A stretch of DNA of 64,000 bases from a virus. The stretch is taken from positions 67,252 through 131,251 of IMG/VR virus record IMGVR_UViG_3300033233_000006. The stretch is one strand, 5' to 3'. Position numbers and translations under genes: made by a program. This document shows positions 30,432-39,810 of the stretch, piece by piece. The notes under the pieces were generated by a model. The model saw only the letters and a program-made list of their open reading frames with translations, had not been told where the DNA came from and did not search any database. Each line of letters opens with the position of its first letter. The stretch's first letter is position 1.

Positions 30432-30461
30432 TTGACGCCCAGGCTCTCATCGCGGTAGAAC
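30432..30461 (+). promoter_or_regulatory. Sigma70-type promoter for the intergenic RNA
   Basis: TTGACG-18-TAGAAC. Confidence 0.6.
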
Positions 30462-30467
30462 GTGCCC

Positions 30468-30777
30468 ACTCGATGAGCATCGGGTTGGCGCTGTCGGACT
30501 GAACGCTACTCACGTCGATCAAATGCGGGACGCGTCGAAAGGCGCGTTCAGGAAGTGATCGAAGGTCGTCGACTACGGGTCTCGCGGACCCGGGACGGCG
30601 GCTGACGCAACCGATGCGGTTGCGACTGGGTGCGGGGAGCTTCGACGACGAGAGGGGAAGGGAAACCGGACCAGCTCGCGCGCGACCCGTCGGCTGTGTC
30701 CCTTCGGGACCCGAACCGACAAGGCTCGATGTGCTTCGACTCGGGAGGGCCGCCAGGGAGACCTGTGCGGCCTTTTC
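30468..30777 (+). ncRNA. Unassigned highly structured RNA (~300 nt)
   Basis: Promoter upstream, terminator downstream, paired ends, nested stems (CGATCA/TGATCG, GTCGTCGA/TCGACGAC, TGTCGG/CCGACA), GAAA and TTCG tetraloops. Confidence 0.65.
30748..30777 (+). terminator. Intrinsic terminator
   Basis: GGCCGC...GCGGCC stem followed by TTTTCTC. Confidence 0.65.
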
Positions 30778-30837
30778 TCGTTCTAGGCGCCTGGTGCGCT
30801 TCTCTCGCGCAAAGCATAATGGGTTCGGAGTTGATCC

Positions 30838-31542
30838 GTGCCCAACATCAACCGAGCCGTCGACGCCGGTCTTATTTCGACCTCGGTACCGGCATCGGTG
30901 GTGATGTGGCCCGAGCTTACTCCGGCCCCGCACACCAAGCCGAACCAGGATGAGCTGTTCGTCTTCCAGTACTGGCCCGAGTCGCTTACCGACACGGAAG
31001 CGCCGGACTACGCGGAAAAGAAGATCCCGGGCGGATCGCACCCGCTCTACCAGTGGACGGGCGGCACCGGACGCGACATCAGCTTCACGGCCCACTTCAC
31101 GGCTGAGATCGACATCTCGCCGGCCAGCGACGCGACGCTCGACCAGGTTCGCCTTCTCCCATCTGGTCGTTACACGGTCGACGTGGCCGCTGCTGTAGCT
31201 CGGTTGAAGTCCTTCCTTCGCGGCGATTACCAGGACGGGTCGCTCAACGCCGCGGCCAAGCCGCCAAAGAAGCTCTACCTCGCCCTGGAGAACACGAAGC
31301 TCGGTGGCGATCACGAGGAGATTCTCGTGATTCTCCGCCAAGCTCCGATCGTCTACCAGTCGTGGTTCGCCAACGGCTCGCCGCGGGTGGTCGAGGTAGC
31401 CTGTTCGTTCTCGGAGTGCGTGCAGCGGAGCAACGCCGACAGCGAGAGCACTTCGCAGATCCAGTTCATCGGACGGTCGTCGTTCGAGACGGCTGGGAAG
31501 CGCTACAAGTACCGCGGCGCGGTAGATAGGGCGATCGGCTGA
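30838..31542 (+). CDS. CIS tube-like / tail tube initiator protein
   Basis: FQY.PESL.D, IPGGSHPLYQW.GG..R.ISF, F..G.PR motifs. Confidence 0.75.
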   Translation: MPNINRAVDAGLISTSVPASVVMWPELTPAPHTKPNQDELFVFQYWPESLTDTEAPDYAEKKIPGGSHPLYQWTGGTGRDISFTAHFTAEIDISPASDATLDQVRLLPSGRYTVDVAAAVARLKSFLRGDYQDGSLNAAAKPPKKLYLALENTKLGGDHEEILVILRQAPIVYQSWFANGSPRVVEVACSFSECVQRSNADSESTSQIQFIGRSSFETAGKRYKYRGAVDRAIG

Positions 31543-31886
31543 TGGGACTCAACGACGTTGTCGGAACGACCGGACCCGGACCCGGCGGCACGAAGCAGAC
31601 CTCGGTCCGCAGTTACAGCTTCTACCTCGGCGCGGCGATCCTGGGCGCTGGCACCTACGCGGACAACAAGAACTCGCTCGTCGACGCCGACGGGACGAAC
31701 TTCACCTCTCACAGCATCCAGCTCATCAACGACGCCGCGTCGGACATCTTCTTCTCGTTCGACGGAACGAACGACCACGGGCGGGTGAAGACCGGCGATC
31801 CGCCGCTCCAACAGAATTTCCGACGAGAGAAGACCATCTGGCTCCGTGGCACAGCCGGGGCGGCGTTCCGGCTCTCAGCCTGGTAG
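31542..31886 (+). CDS. Small virion-type protein
   Basis: I.FSFDG..DHG.V..G motif; beta-rich. Confidence 0.55.
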   Translation: MGLNDVVGTTGPGPGGTKQTSVRSYSFYLGAAILGAGTYADNKNSLVDADGTNFTSHSIQLINDAASDIFFSFDGTNDHGRVKTGDPPLQQNFRREKTIWLRGTAGAAFRLSAW

Positions 31887-31964
31887 CCGCGTGCTCCTCG
31901 CATCCGGGTGAGGGCTATAGGCCCGATGGGCGCGACGGGGTAGACTCGTTCACGGAGGCCCGGG

Positions 31965-34055
31965 ATGCCGTCTCCCACTAAGGCGATTCTCGACTCGCAA
32001 TCGGACCTCAAGCGGTCGACCGCTCCGTTCGCCGGAGTCGATGTCACCAACAAGACCTACGTCGATGCGGCTGTCGCGGCAGCGACGATCCCTGATGCGA
32101 CGAGCGCCAACGGCGGCGGCGTAAAGGGCAAGGCGACCTTCGACGATCTCAAGGGTCTCCACGTCACGGCGGGTATTGCCGAGGTCAAGATCGACGGCTC
32201 GACCGTCACGTTCAACGGCTCGGGCCAGCTCCAATCCGCCGCCTCGACGCCGACTGCCACGAGCGCTCCCGGCGGCGGTACGCAAGGCAAGGTCACTGCT
32301 GACGAGAACAAGGGTCTCAAGATCGTCGCCGGCATCATGGAGGTCTTCAACGACCCGAACGGCGGCCTCCAAAGCTCGCCGACCGGGCACGCCGTCAAGC
32401 CCGATCCTACCGGCGGTCTCCAGACGGCGGCGGCTGGTGCCTCGGTCAAACCCGACCCAGCCGGCGCTCTTGCAACGAGCGGAGCCGGTCTCGCTGCCGT
32501 AGTCGACGGCACGCGGGGTATGCAGATCCTCGCCAACAAGCTCGCCGCCAAAGTCGATGGCACGTCGATCGACTTCGACGGCAGCGGAAACCTCAAGGTC
32601 GTCGGTGGTACCGGCGGCGGCACAACCGGGCTCGTCTCGAATCGCGCATCGTTCGCTCGCGCGATCGTCGGCGGTCCGTCGATGCCGCCCTCCACCGTGC
32701 TCGGCACACAGACCAGCGCCGACGCCTACCCCGATGGTTCGACAACCGGCGAACGGTTCGAGTTCACGGTCCCGGACGACTACTTCACCGGCAACCTCGA
32801 TATCCTGATCGTCTACAAGATGAGTACGGCTGTCGGCGGACCGAACAACAAGGTCCGCATCACAACGGCAGCTGAACTCGCCAAGGTCACCGGTCTGATC
32901 GACAGCGCGACCTACCCAACAACGGCGCAGACGATCACGACCCCGACCACCACGAACATCACGCGCATCATCGCCCTCACGCTCACCAGCGGAACGTTCG
33001 AGGCGGGCGATGTGATCACGGTGAGCATCCAGCGCCTCGGAGCCGACGGACTCGACCTCCACACCGGCGATTGGCAGGTCATCGCCTACGAGTGGCGGTA
33101 CACGGCGATCGTCAACTCTCGGCTCGTGACACAGGTCCCGGAGACGTTGCAGAACGCCGCCGGTGAGAACGCGACGGCGTCGGGAGTCCTCGGATCGCAG
33201 ACCGATTTCGCCAGCTTTCCGACCACCCCCGACTCCGGTGCGCGGTTCACCGGGATCGTGCCCGACAACTGGGACGGCTTCTCCGACTGCTTCATCTCGC
33301 TCGTTTACGCGATGTCAACGGCGGTGGGCGGGGCGAACGTCAAGCTGAACAAGTACGGCGAGATCGCCGACGTGGGCGGTGGAACGCTGGCGTCGATCCC
33401 CTCAACCGACTTCACCTTCTCGCCGCCGGGCGACACCGACATTCACCGGGTCGTCGTGGGGCAGATCCCAGCCACGCTGCTTACGAAGGGCGACTGGATC
33501 ACCGCCGTCCTCGCTCGCCGGACCGCCGTGGGCGGCAACCACACCGGCGCCTTCCGCCTGCTCGCCTTCGAGTTCCTGTTCTCGGTTGCACCGGCGTCGG
33601 GTTTCACCCAGAACAACATCACCGAGCGCTACCTCGACAAGCCGGTGTTCGGAAACATCGTCGGAACGATTACGAATACCGACGCCTACCCGCTCTTCGG
33701 TTCGACCTTCGACGAGTTGTTCACGATGTCCTCGACTTCAGCCGCCGGACGGGTCGATGCGGCGTTTGCCGGGCGTCTTGGGTCGTTTCAGACGCAGATC
33801 ACCCAGGTCAGGGTCAACATCATCGGTACCGGTGCGTCACCGCAGTACCACTTGAAGGTCTACGCCGAGGGCACTGGGCTCGTCTACGACAGCGGTCTCC
33901 AGCCGGCGCCGCTCACGCTTACCGAGCTTCTGGTCACGGGTGGAATGCTCTCGGCGCAGCCCACCACCATGAAGCGATTCCACGTCGTCGTCGAGTCATT
34001 CATCGACGCCGGTGAGTCGGTCGCTGTGAGTTACCCCTTCGTGCGACAGGAGTAG
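31965..34055 (+). CDS. Virion fibre/structural protein
   Basis: NKTYVD, DGSTV.F..SG.L and KPDP.GGL repeats; three tandem C-terminal beta domains (F.VPD.Y/W). Confidence 0.65.
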   Translation: MPSPTKAILDSQSDLKRSTAPFAGVDVTNKTYVDAAVAAATIPDATSANGGGVKGKATFDDLKGLHVTAGIAEVKIDGSTVTFNGSGQLQSAASTPTATSAPGGGTQGKVTADENKGLKIVAGIMEVFNDPNGGLQSSPTGHAVKPDPTGGLQTAAAGASVKPDPAGALATSGAGLAAVVDGTRGMQILANKLAAKVDGTSIDFDGSGNLKVVGGTGGGTTGLVSNRASFARAIVGGPSMPPSTVLGTQTSADAYPDGSTTGERFEFTVPDDYFTGNLDILIVYKMSTAVGGPNNKVRITTAAELAKVTGLIDSATYPTTAQTITTPTTTNITRIIALTLTSGTFEAGDVITVSIQRLGADGLDLHTGDWQVIAYEWRYTAIVNSRLVTQVPETLQNAAGENATASGVLGSQTDFASFPTTPDSGARFTGIVPDNWDGFSDCFISLVYAMSTAVGGANVKLNKYGEIADVGGGTLASIPSTDFTFSPPGDTDIHRVVVGQIPATLLTKGDWITAVLARRTAVGGNHTGAFRLLAFEFLFSVAPASGFTQNNITERYLDKPVFGNIVGTITNTDAYPLFGSTFDELFTMSSTSAAGRVDAAFAGRLGSFQTQITQVRVNIIGTGASPQYHLKVYAEGTGLVYDSGLQPAPLTLTELLVTGGMLSAQPTTMKRFHVVVESFIDAGESVAVSYPFVRQE

Positions 34056-34057
34056 CC

Positions 34058-34336
34058 GTGGTGTTCAATCTCGATGCACTTATCGAATCTACCGGCGCCG
34101 AGCCGAATCGGGACTACTTCACGCCGGCCAACGGGAATCCGCCAACCCCGGCGCAGACGGTCTTCCTCCTCTCGACCATGCCTCTTGTCCCAGCCCGCGT
34201 CATCGGCATCCTGAACGGGGTCGAGTACGGTGAGGGAGTAGCAGCGGGTGGTTACTTCACCGTATCCGGTTCGACGCTCACCTGGGCCGGGCCCCCCACG
34301 CTCGGACCGACTGACGAGTTCGAGGTGATCTACTAG
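34058..34336 (+). CDS. Small virion-type protein
   Basis: LNGV.Y.EG...Y.VSG..LTW pattern. Confidence 0.55.
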   Translation: MVFNLDALIESTGAEPNRDYFTPANGNPPTPAQTVFLLSTMPLVPARVIGILNGVEYGEGVAAGGYFTVSGSTLTWAGPPTLGPTDEFEVIY

Positions 34337-34474
34337 GAGCATCCAGGCCCTTGCGCGAATCGGGGCCGACCTGCTCGAATAGGAGTAACTGCCCGATGGG
34401 CGAGTGCCCGATGGGCCAGGAAGATGATGGGGTACGGAACAGGTTACGGGCGGGCTAATCTGAGGAATGCTGGC

Positions 34475-34503
34475 TTGACCCCCACAGGCGGTAGACCTAG
34501 AAT
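34475..34503 (+). promoter_or_regulatory. Near-consensus sigma70 promoter
   Basis: TTGACC-17-TAGAAT upstream of the AAGGAG RBS of 34540. Confidence 0.75.
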
Positions 34504-34539
34504 GACCCGAGTCGAGGCCCCCTCGAAGGAGATAACCAG

Positions 34540-35112
34540 ATGAGCAGCGTTCTTCGCACTCAGGGAATCAACGTCGCGGCGGCTGTGACCCTCGCCGACG
34601 CGGTCGTGACGAGCGTGGACATCCCGCGCCCGCAGACCACGCCCGCGCAGCCCGCCTACGCCGAGAACTCGGACCACGTCACTTCGCCGACCTTCCTCCG
34701 CGAAGAGGAGGCGGGCCACTGCGTCATCGACCTCCCCGCCGTGTTCGTCGCGGCGACGGTCTTCCTCCGCAAGCTCTCGATCAAGAAGCTCCTGCCGACG
34801 GCCCAGAAGGGCTTGCAGGACCCGTCGAGCGCGTTCTTCCCGTCGGGTGCCCCGACGGACACGACGGTCGTCCGTGACCTCGTCGACACGGGCACGGCGA
34901 ACACCCTCGCCACGAACGCCGACGCGGTCCGCGACCTCCTCGGCAACCTCCGGGCCGGCGCCACGGTCAGGTCGTTCCCGGGCATCTCGCTCCGCGCGGG
35001 CGAATTCGTCCACATGGAGTTCTTCCAGAGCACGGGCGCCCCGATCGGCCCGGCGAACATCAACGCCGTCTACAAGCTCGGGCTCAACCAGGGCGACGAC
35101 GCCAAGCCGTAG
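34540..35112 (+). CDS. Hypothetical (probably abundant virion/decoration) protein
   Basis: Strong promoter and RBS; extreme GC3 codon bias. Confidence 0.65.
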   Translation: MSSVLRTQGINVAAAVTLADAVVTSVDIPRPQTTPAQPAYAENSDHVTSPTFLREEEAGHCVIDLPAVFVAATVFLRKLSIKKLLPTAQKGLQDPSSAFFPSGAPTDTTVVRDLVDTGTANTLATNADAVRDLLGNLRAGATVRSFPGISLRAGEFVHMEFFQSTGAPIGPANINAVYKLGLNQGDDAKP

Positions 35113-35202
35113 TAGTCGGCCTTGCTGGGCCGCTCGTAGCAGCCCCGGCAGACACCACACGGGACGCGGACACCGCAACCCAAGGAACAGGAGACACATC
35201 AG

Positions 35203-35661
35203 ATGTACACCGAAGCAAGTATCAAGACCGATGTGGTCGTCGTGGCCCCCACGACGTTCGCCCTCGGCGCGATCGCCGGGTCGCGAGTCGGCTTCTCCGT
35301 CGAGGAGCAGGAGATGCTCACGGAGCTGCACTTCGAGGGCACGATCAGTCCGACGGTCGCGGACACGGCGATCGACGTGACCTTCTTCCTCGACGGCGTC
35401 GACCAGGGCGACCTCGTCGACGGCATCAAGCGCTACACGCCCGGCCTCACGACGGGCCTCGGCGCGATCGGCGTGAGCCTCACGCTCAGGAAGCGGATCG
35501 CCAAGGGCGAACACAAGGCCGAGCTGCGCGTCCGTGCGGCGGCTGGCAACGTGAACGTCCTCGGTCTCCTCCGTCCCGGCAAGATGAGCGCGACGCGGTG
35601 GAGCTTCAACTCCGTCAACGCGCCCGCGCAGAACTCGAAGCAGGTCAGCGGAGCCTACTGA
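35203..35661 (+). CDS. Hypothetical (probably virion) protein
   Basis: AGGAG RBS, strong codon bias, beta-rich. Confidence 0.65.
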   Translation: MYTEASIKTDVVVVAPTTFALGAIAGSRVGFSVEEQEMLTELHFEGTISPTVADTAIDVTFFLDGVDQGDLVDGIKRYTPGLTTGLGAIGVSLTLRKRIAKGEHKAELRVRAAAGNVNVLGLLRPGKMSATRWSFNSVNAPAQNSKQVSGAY

Positions 35662-35700
35662 GCCAGCTACCCCATCCCCAACTCGAATCGCGCTTGGACC

Positions 35701-35726
35701 GAGCCAACCTACGGATAGGTTGGCTC
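35701..35726. terminator. Hairpin between convergent operons
   Basis: Perfect stem GAGCCAACCTA-CGGA-TAGGTTGGCTC. Confidence 0.6.
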
Positions 35727-35739
35727 GCTTCCTGTACCG

Positions 35740-36324
35740 CTACTTGCCGTGGAAGCTGCCGGTGGGGCAAACGGACTGGAGTGCCTTCGTGCGGCGTCCG
35801 ATCTCGCGCGTGTACTTCTTGATCTTGGTCTGGGCGAGCTTGAGCTTCCGACACCAAAAGACGAGCTTCTCCTCGGCCTTGGCGATGCGCGCCTTCTGGA
35901 GATCGGTGCCGACGAGGCGCTCCTTCTTCGGCTCGACCTTGGGCCGGAGGACAAGCCCCGCGGCCCACGGGCGCAAGGCGTCCCAGTTGAGATGCCGGTC
36001 GTTGATCCCCAGGCAGGAGAACTTGACGCCCCATTCGATCGCTGCGCAGACGTGGGCGAGCTGCGCCCCCGTAAGCGTTCCGCGCGGGTAGTCACCGGCC
36101 TTGGCGAGCGCGGAGACGGCGTCGTCACCGAACTTCTCGGAGACGCCGACCTTGAGCGTGAAGCCGCGATCGCTTGCCCCGCCTATCGCGGCCTTGGTTC
36201 GCCCGCGGAAGGTCTTCACCTTCACAACCCTCTTGCGAAGGGAGGCACCTTCCGCGCGCGCACACGCGAACACAAGCGCGCGCACGTCGTCGCCGTCCCA
36301 CCGCGAGTCATTGACGAGTCTCAT
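35740..36324 (-). CDS. Hypothetical protein
   Basis: MRLVNDSRW start overlaps the upstream stop; basic coiled C-terminus. Confidence 0.6.
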   Translation of the reverse strand: MRLVNDSRWDGDDVRALVFACARAEGASLRKRVVKVKTFRGRTKAAIGGASDRGFTLKVGVSEKFGDDAVSALAKAGDYPRGTLTGAQLAHVCAAIEWGVKFSCLGINDRHLNWDALRPWAAGLVLRPKVEPKKERLVGTDLQKARIAKAEEKLVFWCRKLKLAQTKIKKYTREIGRRTKALQSVCPTGSFHGK

Positions 36325-36836
36325 GCCTTCTTTTTGCCTTCGGGCGCCAGGGTGCCCTCGGCGTAGAGCTTTCCGAACTGCTCCCGCCACGAGACGAAGT
36401 TGGTCGCGGCGAATGCCGACGCCTCCTCTTTCGCGTCCGTCTGGGCATCGGTGGCGACGGCGGGCGTTCCAGCTGCCTCGCGGATCGGGCCGCTCGGGTC
36501 CCTCGCGAACTCCTTGACGACCTCGGTCGGCACCTCGACGACCCTTCCCGACTCGGTCGTCGTTTCCGTCACCTCGGTCTTGGCCGGCGCGCTCTGCCCG
36601 AGGCAGATGGCGCGAATCCGGTCGAGCGCCTGTCCCATGCGCCCACCCTCGCCGTGCGAGTCGAGAATTGCGGCGATCGCCTGGGACTCGGGCGTGTTGG
36701 GCTCGACCACGAAGGCGACCTCCTGCGCCCGGATCTTGGCTCCGGCCTCGACCTTGGCGACCAGATCGAGCCGAGCGCCGAGCTTGGCCTTGAGCGTGTC
36801 GAACGTGTTGCGCGTCGTACGGATCATCTCGGACAT
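36321..36836 (-). CDS. Hypothetical protein
   Basis: AAGGAG RBS; part of the minus-strand operon. Confidence 0.65.
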   Translation of the reverse strand: MSEMIRTTRNTFDTLKAKLGARLDLVAKVEAGAKIRAQEVAFVVEPNTPESQAIAAILDSHGEGGRMGQALDRIRAICLGQSAPAKTEVTETTTESGRVVEVPTEVVKEFARDPSGPIREAAGTPAVATDAQTDAKEEASAFAATNFVSWREQFGKLYAEGTLAPEGKKKA

Positions 36837-36845
36837 GGTCTCTCC

Positions 36846-37412
36846 TTAGTTCCCTTCTTCGTCGAGTGCGGCGATCTTCTCGACCACCGTGGGCTCGACG
36901 CTCACCATCTTGATACCCATCTCTGCGGCACAGGTCGGCCCCAGGCCGGTAGCGATCGACTCCGGGACTTTGAGATCGCGGCTGCAACGCCCACAAAGAC
37001 CGACATGCCAGATGCGGACCTTGTGGGCGTTGGACTTCTTGGCGCGAAGGTCGCGCAGTATGTCGCCGAACAGGTTGACGTTCTCGGCGGTCGCGAGCTG
37101 GTTCTTCGCCGTGCCCTTGGTCGTGCGAAACGACTGCGGGTCGATCACGCCGAGGTAGATCGGCTTCGTGTCGCCGATCGCGCCCTTCACGAGCGAGACG
37201 AACCAGAAGTCGAACCGCTTGACGATCGTTTCGACCTTCCGCCCCGGGTGCTTCGGATCGTCCACGAGCCCGCGCTCGACCTTCTGCTCGACGAAGTAGG
37301 TGTGGCGCACGCCGTCGGCGATCTGCTCCAGGGTGACGTAGCACCGGCCAGCGAGCAGGAACGCGAGCGTCGTATCGTTGTGCTGGAGAATGTGCTGTTC
37401 GTGCTTCGCCAT
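36846..37412 (-). CDS. Zn-finger protein (DUF6011-like)
   Basis: WH.G.CGRCSR.L..PESI..GLGP.C motif. Confidence 0.7.
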   Translation of the reverse strand: MAKHEQHILQHNDTTLAFLLAGRCYVTLEQIADGVRHTYFVEQKVERGLVDDPKHPGRKVETIVKRFDFWFVSLVKGAIGDTKPIYLGVIDPQSFRTTKGTAKNQLATAENVNLFGDILRDLRAKKSNAHKVRIWHVGLCGRCSRDLKVPESIATGLGPTCAAEMGIKMVSVEPTVVEKIAALDEEGN

Positions 37413-37433
37413 GTTCGCTTCCCTTCGACTCGT

Positions 37434-37459
37434 CAACACCCGACCACGGAGGAGTTGCA
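37434..37459 (-). promoter_or_regulatory. TGCAAC-N14-GTGTT motif copy 1
   Basis: TGCAACTCCTCCGTGGTCGGGTGTTG on the minus strand, upstream of 37412. Confidence 0.7.
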
Positions 37460-37568
37460 GGTCGCGAGTTGAATCTCTCAAAGCGTTCTACCCCGGCCCC
37501 CTAAGAGTAGAACGGGTGAGTCGAAGGAACCTGACAGAGAGGTAGAACGGTGGAGTGGAAGTAAGGGA

Positions 37569-37594
37569 TGCAACTCCTCGGCGTTCATGTGTGA
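37569..37594 (+). promoter_or_regulatory. TGCAAC-N14-GTGT motif copy 2
   Basis: TGCAACTCCTCGGCGTTCATGTGTGA upstream of the glycohydrolase gene. Confidence 0.65.
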
Positions 37595-37613
37595 GGAGAG
37601 CGGAGGTCTCACA

Positions 37614-39806
37614 GTGATCGAGAAGTGCTTCGGAGTGGTCGCGGGGCTCGCGTGCGGCGACGCGTTGGGTGCCCCGACCGAGTTCATGCGGGTGCCGGAG
37701 ATCCGAGAGCGCTATGGCGCCAAGGGGATCACCGATCTCTCGCAAACAAACGGCAGATTCACCGACGACACTCAGATGGCTGTCGCGCTCGCTCTCGGGC
37801 TCCTCGACGCGGCACAGGAAGCGGCCAAAACGAACGCGACCCCGATTGGGACGCGAGCCACCATGAACCAGTCGGCTTTCGTCATGCCACACGTCGCGAA
37901 GCGCTTCGCGGAGTGGTCGGGCTGCTACGACGATCAGACCGAGGTGCTGACCGATCGCGGATGGTTGCTCTTCAAGAATCTGACCAAAGAGATGCGCGTG
38001 GCGACTCTCAACCCCGAGACGCACGCCCTGGACTACGAGCACCCCAAGTTGATTCAGGACAAGGTCGGACCGCCCGAGATGATCCAGTTCAAGCACGCAT
38101 CGCTGGATCTACTCGTTACGCCGAATCATCGCATGTACGTGACCCGTCCTTCGGACAGGTCTCGGTTCCACTTCGTCGAGGCGGGCGACGCTCCTGGCAC
38201 TTGGGTACGGGCCAAGCGCGACGCGGCTTGGCGACACGACGATGTCGAGTGGTTCGAGCTGCCGAGCGTCGCGTGGGAAAGCAAGTTGAAGCCGGAGCCG
38301 CCACGCCTCCTTCCGATGGACGACTGGTTGGAGTTCTTGGGCTATTGGCTGTCCGAAGGTCACGTCTCGGGCTATAAGCCGCGTGGCGACGGGTTCGACT
38401 ACAAGGTTGGCATCTCGCAGTTGGCCGGTGAGAGGTGCGAGGCGATGACGGCGTGCGCGGAGCGGATCTTCACGGCCAGAACCCGTGCGCTCGCTACCAA
38501 GACTGGTTCCATCCGCCGCATCCAGATATGCAACAAGCAGCTGCATCGTTACCTCTTGCAGTTCGGGAAGGCGCGGTCGAAGTTCGTTCCCGACTACGTC
38601 AAGAACTGCTCCGCGAGGCAGATCAGCATCTTTCTCGACGCGCTGTGGGACGGCGACGGCTCTCGCGATGTGAACGGGCGTTGGGAGCGCTACTCCACGA
38701 CATCGGTGCGGCTGGCCGACGACGTTCAAGAGTTGCTTCTAAAGGTCGGCCTGGCCGGTCGAGTCACCGGCTACGCCGCACGGGTGGGTAAACCGGCGTG
38801 GCAAACGGCCTACCGAGTCGGGGTTTACCGAGAATCGCATCTCCGACCGTGTCTCTGGAGCCAGGCTTCCCCGCGCAAGGCGTGGCGACCTGAGCGCGTT
38901 CCCTACACGGGGCGCGTCTACTGCTGCACCACGACAAACGGCATCCTCTACGTCCGAAGGAACGGCATCCCAGTGTGGTGCGGGAACTCTCCCGAGAACA
39001 ACCGGGCACCGGGCAACACCTGTATGGCCGCGTGCCGGCAGCTTCGGGCCGGCGTGCCGTGGGACAGGGCCGGGATCGAGGGCTCGAAGGGGTGCGGGGC
39101 GGCGATGCGCGTGGCTCCGATCGGGCTGCTCTACTCCGACTTCGTCGCGCTCGGTCGTGTGGCTCGGGCGAGTGCTCTCTCGACGCACGGGCACCCCGTC
39201 GCGGCGCAGGCGGCGCACGCAGCAGCGCTCGCCGTCCGGCTCCTCGCGCTCGGCTTCAACCCGGAGTTCCTCGTCGGAACCCTGGTCTTCGAGCTGAAGA
39301 TGAACGGCGGGATCGACGACGACTTCGAGATGCTGCTCGGTCGCATCGAACACGCGGTGCGCCTGACCCTCCGGGGTGTCAAGGCGCCGGAGGAGATCCA
39401 GGTGCGGGTGGGAACCCACCCGGGTGCGCTTGGCGTGGCGTGGGTCGCCGACGAGGCGGTCGCGTGCGCGCTCTACTGCTTCCTGCTCGCCCACGCCCGC
39501 GACGAGGGCTACGTCGAGACGGTGCGCTACGGCGCCAACACCGATGGCGACAGCGACAGCATCGCATGTATTGCTGGGAGTTTTGCCGGGGCGCGCTGGG
39601 GCATGACCGCCCCCAAGGGTGTGCCCGAGGCGTGGGCTACCGGAGTCGAAGACGCGGAGAAGCTCAGTCTTCTCGCCACGCGGATCTACGCCGTAAGTCT
39701 TCTCATGGACAGCACTTCGACTCCCGCGCTTCCCGATGCAACTCCGGCCAACTCGGGTGTTGACGAGTCGAACCGTTCGACGGGAACGGACACGATCAAG
39801 GAGTGA
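37614..39806 (+). CDS. ADP-ribosylglycohydrolase (DraG/ARH family) containing an intein
   Basis: G.A.GDALG.P.EF, FTDDTQM, G.GAAMRVAPIG, THGHP, GDSDSIA..AG...GA motifs; GGAGG RBS before GTG 37614. Confidence 0.92.
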   Translation: MIEKCFGVVAGLACGDALGAPTEFMRVPEIRERYGAKGITDLSQTNGRFTDDTQMAVALALGLLDAAQEAAKTNATPIGTRATMNQSAFVMPHVAKRFAEWSGCYDDQTEVLTDRGWLLFKNLTKEMRVATLNPETHALDYEHPKLIQDKVGPPEMIQFKHASLDLLVTPNHRMYVTRPSDRSRFHFVEAGDAPGTWVRAKRDAAWRHDDVEWFELPSVAWESKLKPEPPRLLPMDDWLEFLGYWLSEGHVSGYKPRGDGFDYKVGISQLAGERCEAMTACAERIFTARTRALATKTGSIRRIQICNKQLHRYLLQFGKARSKFVPDYVKNCSARQISIFLDALWDGDGSRDVNGRWERYSTTSVRLADDVQELLLKVGLAGRVTGYAARVGKPAWQTAYRVGVYRESHLRPCLWSQASPRKAWRPERVPYTGRVYCCTTTNGILYVRRNGIPVWCGNSPENNRAPGNTCMAACRQLRAGVPWDRAGIEGSKGCGAAMRVAPIGLLYSDFVALGRVARASALSTHGHPVAAQAAHAAALAVRLLALGFNPEFLVGTLVFELKMNGGIDDDFEMLLGRIEHAVRLTLRGVKAPEEIQVRVGTHPGALGVAWVADEAVACALYCFLLAHARDEGYVETVRYGANTDGDSDSIACIAGSFAGARWGMTAPKGVPEAWATGVEDAEKLSLLATRIYAVSLLMDSTSTPALPDATPANSGVDESNRSTGTDTIKE
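37923..38987 (+). mobile_element. Intein with LAGLIDADG homing endonuclease
   Basis: Starts CYDDQTEVLT, block B LLVTPNH, LGYWLSEG and LWDGDG endonuclease motifs, ends WCGN followed by Ser(+1). Confidence 0.92.
39737..39762 (+). promoter_or_regulatory. TGCAAC-N14-GTGTT motif copy 3
   Basis: TGCAACTCCGGCCAACTCGGGTGTTG; shares downstream ACGAGTCGAA with copy 1. Confidence 0.7.
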
Positions 39807-39810
39807 AGCC

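Noticed and set aside
1-35661. Extracellular contractile injection system or tailocin interpretation
   Set aside because: The 1230-aa tape measure, homing endonucleases, nucleotide kinases, tmRNA and phage-type hypotheticals fit a large phage better; capsid genes are probably outside the window.
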